A stretch of DNA of 64,000 nt, taken from Promethearchaeota archaeon. GTDB lineage: Archaea > Asgardarchaeota > Lokiarchaeia > Sigyniarchaeales > SOKP01. Below, one piece after another: positions 60,419 through 64,000 of this stretch. A program made the translations under genes and the position numbers. The stretch is from the NCBI GenBank assembly GCA_048940925.1, contig JBHLOC010000025.1, positions 1 through 64,000 on the forward strand. Reading direction: 5' to 3'. Numbering within the stretch: position 1 is the first letter of the stretch; every line of letters begins with the position of its first letter. The notes below the pieces were generated by a model. It saw only the letters and a program-made list of their open reading frames with translations. It did not search any database and was not told the origin of the DNA.

Positions 60419-61471
60419 TTATCTTAAAAGCCCATAAGCATTTCTCAAACGTTTTTCTGCATCATTAACTATTTCATCAACAATTTTTTTGACGTTTTCC
60501 ACGCTATGAATAATTCCAATACTCTGTCCTAAAAGAACTGCTCCTGAATAAACATCCCCTGTATAAGCAGCTTCGTACGCCTTCATTTCTTCAACTAATT
60601 CTTGTTGTGACATAGCTGATTCTTGAGCTATTTTCGCTTCCTTATCAGCTACTAACCCATGATGCAATGAATATTCATTTTTCCATAAGCGTATTGGTCC
60701 TAGTGATCCTGTTACCAATATAGTATCTTGAGCTTTCGCTGGAGGAACAACTTTTTTATATTCTTCACTAAATTCACTATCATTTGATGCTATAAATCGT
60801 GAACCCATTGCAATAGCTCCTGCTCCCATTGCTAAAGCAGCAGCTAGTCCTTCACCCGTAGCAAATCCTCCACATGCTACTATGGGAAAATCTGGATATT
60901 TTTGAAGAACTTGTTGCAATAAGACTAAGGTACTCACTTTTTCATATGATTGATGACCTCCACCTTCACCACCGGTGACAACCATTCCATCTACTCCTGA
61001 AGCAACACACTTTTCAGCAAGCCATAATGCAGGGGCAACATGAAAGTGCTTAATTTGTGATCCATTTTCTTTCAATTTTTGATACGCTTTTGATTGTGGT
61101 AGCGTTTTTGAAGAACCTGCACTAGTGATAGCATAAACACATTGGTCTTTTAACCTTTGATTTTCCATAATGAATCTTGGAATTTCTGTAACTAATTGTT
61201 GGGCAGCTAATTCCCTACGCGAAGTTCTTACGTTAAATCCAAAAGGCTTATCTGTGTGCTCAACTACCTCTAACATATTTTCTTTCATAATCTCAATGGG
61301 ATTTCTTCCTTTTTGATAGTCACTTAACAAAGCACTATGACTTAAGACCCCAAGTCCACCTGCTTCTGAAACTGCAATTGTCAACTCAGTTGTGTAGAAA
61401 GGGCCCATTGGAGCAGCGATTATGGGATGTTTAATCCCTAACATTTTTGTTACGTTTGTTTCTAATACCAT
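60419..61471 (-). CDS. Nitronate monooxygenase / FabK-like FMN oxidoreductase
   Basis: PIIAAPM, AGGLG, GGEGGGH, CGG, MGSRF; ATG 61471 preferred over TTG 61522. Confidence 0.88.
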   Translation of the reverse strand: MVLETNVTKMLGIKHPIIAAPMGPFYTTELTIAVSEAGGLGVLSHSALLSDYQKGRNPIEIMKENMLEVVEHTDKPFGFNVRTSRRELAAQQLVTEIPRFIMENQRLKDQCVYAITSAGSSKTLPQSKAYQKLKENGSQIKHFHVAPALWLAEKCVASGVDGMVVTGGEGGGHQSYEKVSTLVLLQQVLQKYPDFPIVACGGFATGEGLAAALAMGAGAIAMGSRFIASNDSEFSEEYKKVVPPAKAQDTILVTGSLGPIRLWKNEYSLHHGLVADKEAKIAQESAMSQQELVEEMKAYEAAYTGDVYSGAVLLGQSIGIIHSVENVKKIVDEIVNDAEKRLRNAYGLLR

Positions 61472-61673
61472 TTTTTTCACAATCTTACAATTCTGAATTA
61501 AATTATTATATAATTTAGACAAAGAAATTATTTGTAATGTAAATATTTTTCTCCCATATTAGAAACACCTTTTACAAATCGAAAATTTTTATTTGTTGTT
61601 ATCAAGAATTATTATTATAGTTTTCAAGCTAGTTTTAAACAAATAGAAGCTTTAATTTAATTTCTAAGTCAAG

Positions 61674-62711
61674 TTGAGTTTAATGGAAAAAAATATTGAA
61701 GATTTAACTATTGTAATTTATGGGGTTGGTGGAATTGGCGCTACTCTTGGAGGATGGCTATCGGAAAAGCGTGAAAACGTGTACTTATTAGCAAGAGGAG
61801 ATAATGCAAAAGCGCTTAAATCTAATGGATTGATTCTTTATGAAAAAGAAAACAATAATCCAGCACCGATACCAGTCAAGATCATCGAAGACTTAAATGA
61901 ACTTACCAATATTGATGTTATAGTAATCACTGTTAAAAATTATGATTTAGAGGAAGTTGCAAAAGATATTTCCAAGAAATTAGGAGACAAACCAATTGTT
62001 GTAGGATTACAAAATGGGTTTGAGAATCAGTATGTTTTACCAAAATATTTTACTAAGATTGTTTATGGTGTTGTAGTTCAGTCCGGTTGGCGAGATAAAC
62101 CCGGAATTTTTGGAACAAGGGGGAAAGGACACTTAACCCTAGGAACTCCTAACAATGAGAATCAGGAAATTGTTGAAAAAATTGTTGAACTCTTAAATAT
62201 TGGAATCCCAACAAAGATAACAAAAGAATTTCAGGATGCAGCTTATTCAAAATTGATAATAAACCTTACAAATGCAACTTTTACTCTAATAAGTTCAGAA
62301 CTTAAAGATAATGATGCGATTTTTAAGTTATGGAAAATAATGATGAATGTATACTTTGAGGGTATGAAAGTTGTAAAAGCAGCTGGATATAAAGAGTTTG
62401 AATTGAAGGGGTTACTTTCTTGGAAAATAATGGAACTTGGGAAAGATTTTGATAAAAAAACAGCAGTTAACAGTTTTAAAGGAAGTGCTAAATATGCATG
62501 GTTAAATAGTATGGCTCAAGACATGATAAGGCGACAGAAAAGTCAATCTGAGCTTGAATCTCTAAATGGGTATCTTTTAAAATTAGCAGATTCACTGGAT
62601 ATTGAAACCCCTTACAATAGAATGATTTATAGGCTTTGTAAGGAGCAATTTAAAAAGATACCTTATAAGCCATTACCTGTTGATGTTGTTTGGGAAAAAA
62701 TGGAGAATTAA
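61674..62711 (+). CDS. panE: Ketopantoate reductase family protein
   Basis: GVGGIG, ITVK, LQNG, SKLIIN, SMAQD, SELESLNG. Confidence 0.85.
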   Translation: MSLMEKNIEDLTIVIYGVGGIGATLGGWLSEKRENVYLLARGDNAKALKSNGLILYEKENNNPAPIPVKIIEDLNELTNIDVIVITVKNYDLEEVAKDISKKLGDKPIVVGLQNGFENQYVLPKYFTKIVYGVVVQSGWRDKPGIFGTRGKGHLTLGTPNNENQEIVEKIVELLNIGIPTKITKEFQDAAYSKLIINLTNATFTLISSELKDNDAIFKLWKIMMNVYFEGMKVVKAAGYKEFELKGLLSWKIMELGKDFDKKTAVNSFKGSAKYAWLNSMAQDMIRRQKSQSELESLNGYLLKLADSLDIETPYNRMIYRLCKEQFKKIPYKPLPVDVVWEKMEN

Positions 62712-62880
62712 TTCTATATTATTTTTAAAGAGATCACTTATGAAAGAATTATTTTTTACCTATAAAGGTGGTAAAATACATCCAAAACTTAAATGGAAAA
62801 ATATTTTACCCCAAAGTGGTAATTACATATTTGGTTATTATGATAGGAATATTTCTTTTAAATAAAAAAATGAAAATGTA

Positions 62881-64000
62881 ATGAAAAAAATTAGATATAA
62901 AGATTATTATAATAAAGTTTTTGGAGCATGGTTAGGAAGAGTTGTGGGAGATTTTATTGGAGCTCCCGTAGAATTAAGCTCACATGATAAGATAAAAGAA
63001 AAGTATGGAGAAATTACAGATTATATTGAACCTATAGATTTAACTCAGGTAAATGATGATGAAATGTATGAAATCATTGCTTTAATAGCTTTAGAAAAAT
63101 ATGGTATTGAAGTTAAAGCAGAACAAATTGCCTTAGAATGGGTTAATCTCCTCAATAGAGAAGATATGGTGTTTACTGCTGAAAAAATTGCATTAAATAA
63201 TCTCAAAGCTCAAATTAAACCTCCTCAATCAGGTACTTTAAATAATGTCTATTTTGACTTTATAGGTGCCCAAATGAGAGCGGATATTTGGGGTTTGATA
63301 ACACCTGGTTGTCCTGATCTTGCAAAACATTATGCTGAACTCGATGGATCAATCTCTCATGCAGGGATAGGAATAGAAGGAGAAATCTTTATTGCTGTTC
63401 TAATTTCTCAAGCTTTCTTTGAAGAAAACATTAGGCAGAATATTAATAAAGCTCTTCAATATATTTCCCCTGAACAGGATAGTTTATATACTCAAATGGT
63501 CAAAAAATCACTTGAGATCTATGAGACCTATCCTAATGATTTCAGAACAGCAAGGAATATTTTAATAAGAGAATATTGGTTGACAGAAGTATTAGAAGAG
63601 GTAATTAATAGTTCTACTATTCTACCTATCGAAAGAAGGATTTTACTGAACACTCGTATTGGAAGTGTTCATGTATTACCTAATATTGGGATTATTATAT
63701 TATCACTTTTATATGGCGTTCAAGATCAGAATGATCCTTTTGGGAGATCGATATGTGTAGCGGCCATGATGGGTTATGATACTGATTGTAATTGTGGAAA
63801 TATTGGTGCAATTATGGGTGTTCAGCTAGGTGCTGATAAGATCCCTGCAAAATGGAAAGATCCATTGCAAGATACTTTCACTACATACGTAGAAGGATAT
63901 GAAAAATGGAAAATCTCTGAATTAGCTCAAAGAATAGTAAATGTAGGAGAAAAAGTTATTCATAATAAAGCAATAGAGAGAATTAGTATTAATAAAAAAG
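62881..64000 (+). CDS. ADP-ribosylglycohydrolase family protein (runs off window end), not in ORF track
   Basis: MKKIRYKDYYNKVFGAWLGRVVGDFIGAPVE...NDDE...IGAQMRAD...GYDTDCNCGNIGAIMG. Confidence 0.88.
   Translation, partial: MKKIRYKDYYNKVFGAWLGRVVGDFIGAPVELSSHDKIKEKYGEITDYIEPIDLTQVNDDEMYEIIALIALEKYGIEVKAEQIALEWVNLLNREDMVFTAEKIALNNLKAQIKPPQSGTLNNVYFDFIGAQMRADIWGLITPGCPDLAKHYAELDGSISHAGIGIEGEIFIAVLISQAFFEENIRQNINKALQYISPEQDSLYTQMVKKSLEIYETYPNDFRTARNILIREYWLTEVLEEVINSSTILPIERRILLNTRIGSVHVLPNIGIIILSLLYGVQDQNDPFGRSICVAAMMGYDTDCNCGNIGAIMGVQLGADKIPAKWKDPLQDTFTTYVEGYEKWKISELAQRIVNVGEKVIHNKAIERISINKK

Noticed and set aside
62881-64000. ADP-ribosylglycohydrolase as a DraG-like partner of AmtB/GlnK or GS
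   Set aside because: More than 20 kb from the N cluster, no DraT or nitrogenase in the window, and the family is widespread.
1-64000. CRISPR arrays, tRNA/rRNA genes, IS elements
   Set aside because: No regularly spaced repeats, GC-rich structural RNA segments or transposase/integrase ORFs were seen by eye; tRNAscan/Infernal would be needed to exclude small RNAs.

Overview
An AT-rich (roughly 30% GC by eye) archaeal window, most consistent with an Asgard archaeon of the Lokiarchaeia type, judged from a Rab-like GTPase, a longin-domain protein and a stand-alone RING-like protein. Its core (about 12-42 kb) is a nitrogen-assimilation region. It holds gdhA, an NfnA gene plus an unusual wHTH-ferredoxin-FrhB-NfnB/GltD fusion, guaA, pepF, and a split archaeal glutamate synthase (gltB1/B2/B3) co-operonic with an HdrB-HdrC fusion. 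It also holds two glutamine synthetases, amtB-glnK, glutamine-dependent nadE, peptide-ABC components and several regulators (Lrp, RHH, small wHTH). Flanks carry lipid/CoA metabolism, an ABC exporter pair and carAB. Reading the raw sequence adds several things the ORF track misses: (1) an NrpR-like palindrome ATGGGA-N6-TCCCAT upstream of three glutamate/redox transcription units; (2) two paralogous zinc-finger proteins, both ending LIYE (HbYX-like), at the heads of the glt and glnA units; (3) a 22-codon ORF copying the GS C-terminal helix with mostly synonymous divergence; (4) a 46-codon ORF with an in-frame TGA in a CxxU context and a 3' hairpin; (5) a 24-bp in-frame micro-inversion between perfect 14-bp inverted repeats in a gltB pseudogene; (6) several genes that appear to start at ATT/ATA; (7) a DppB-DppC fusion lacking both EAA loops; and (8) several pseudogene remnants. 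No rRNA, tRNA, CRISPR array or transposase was recognised.
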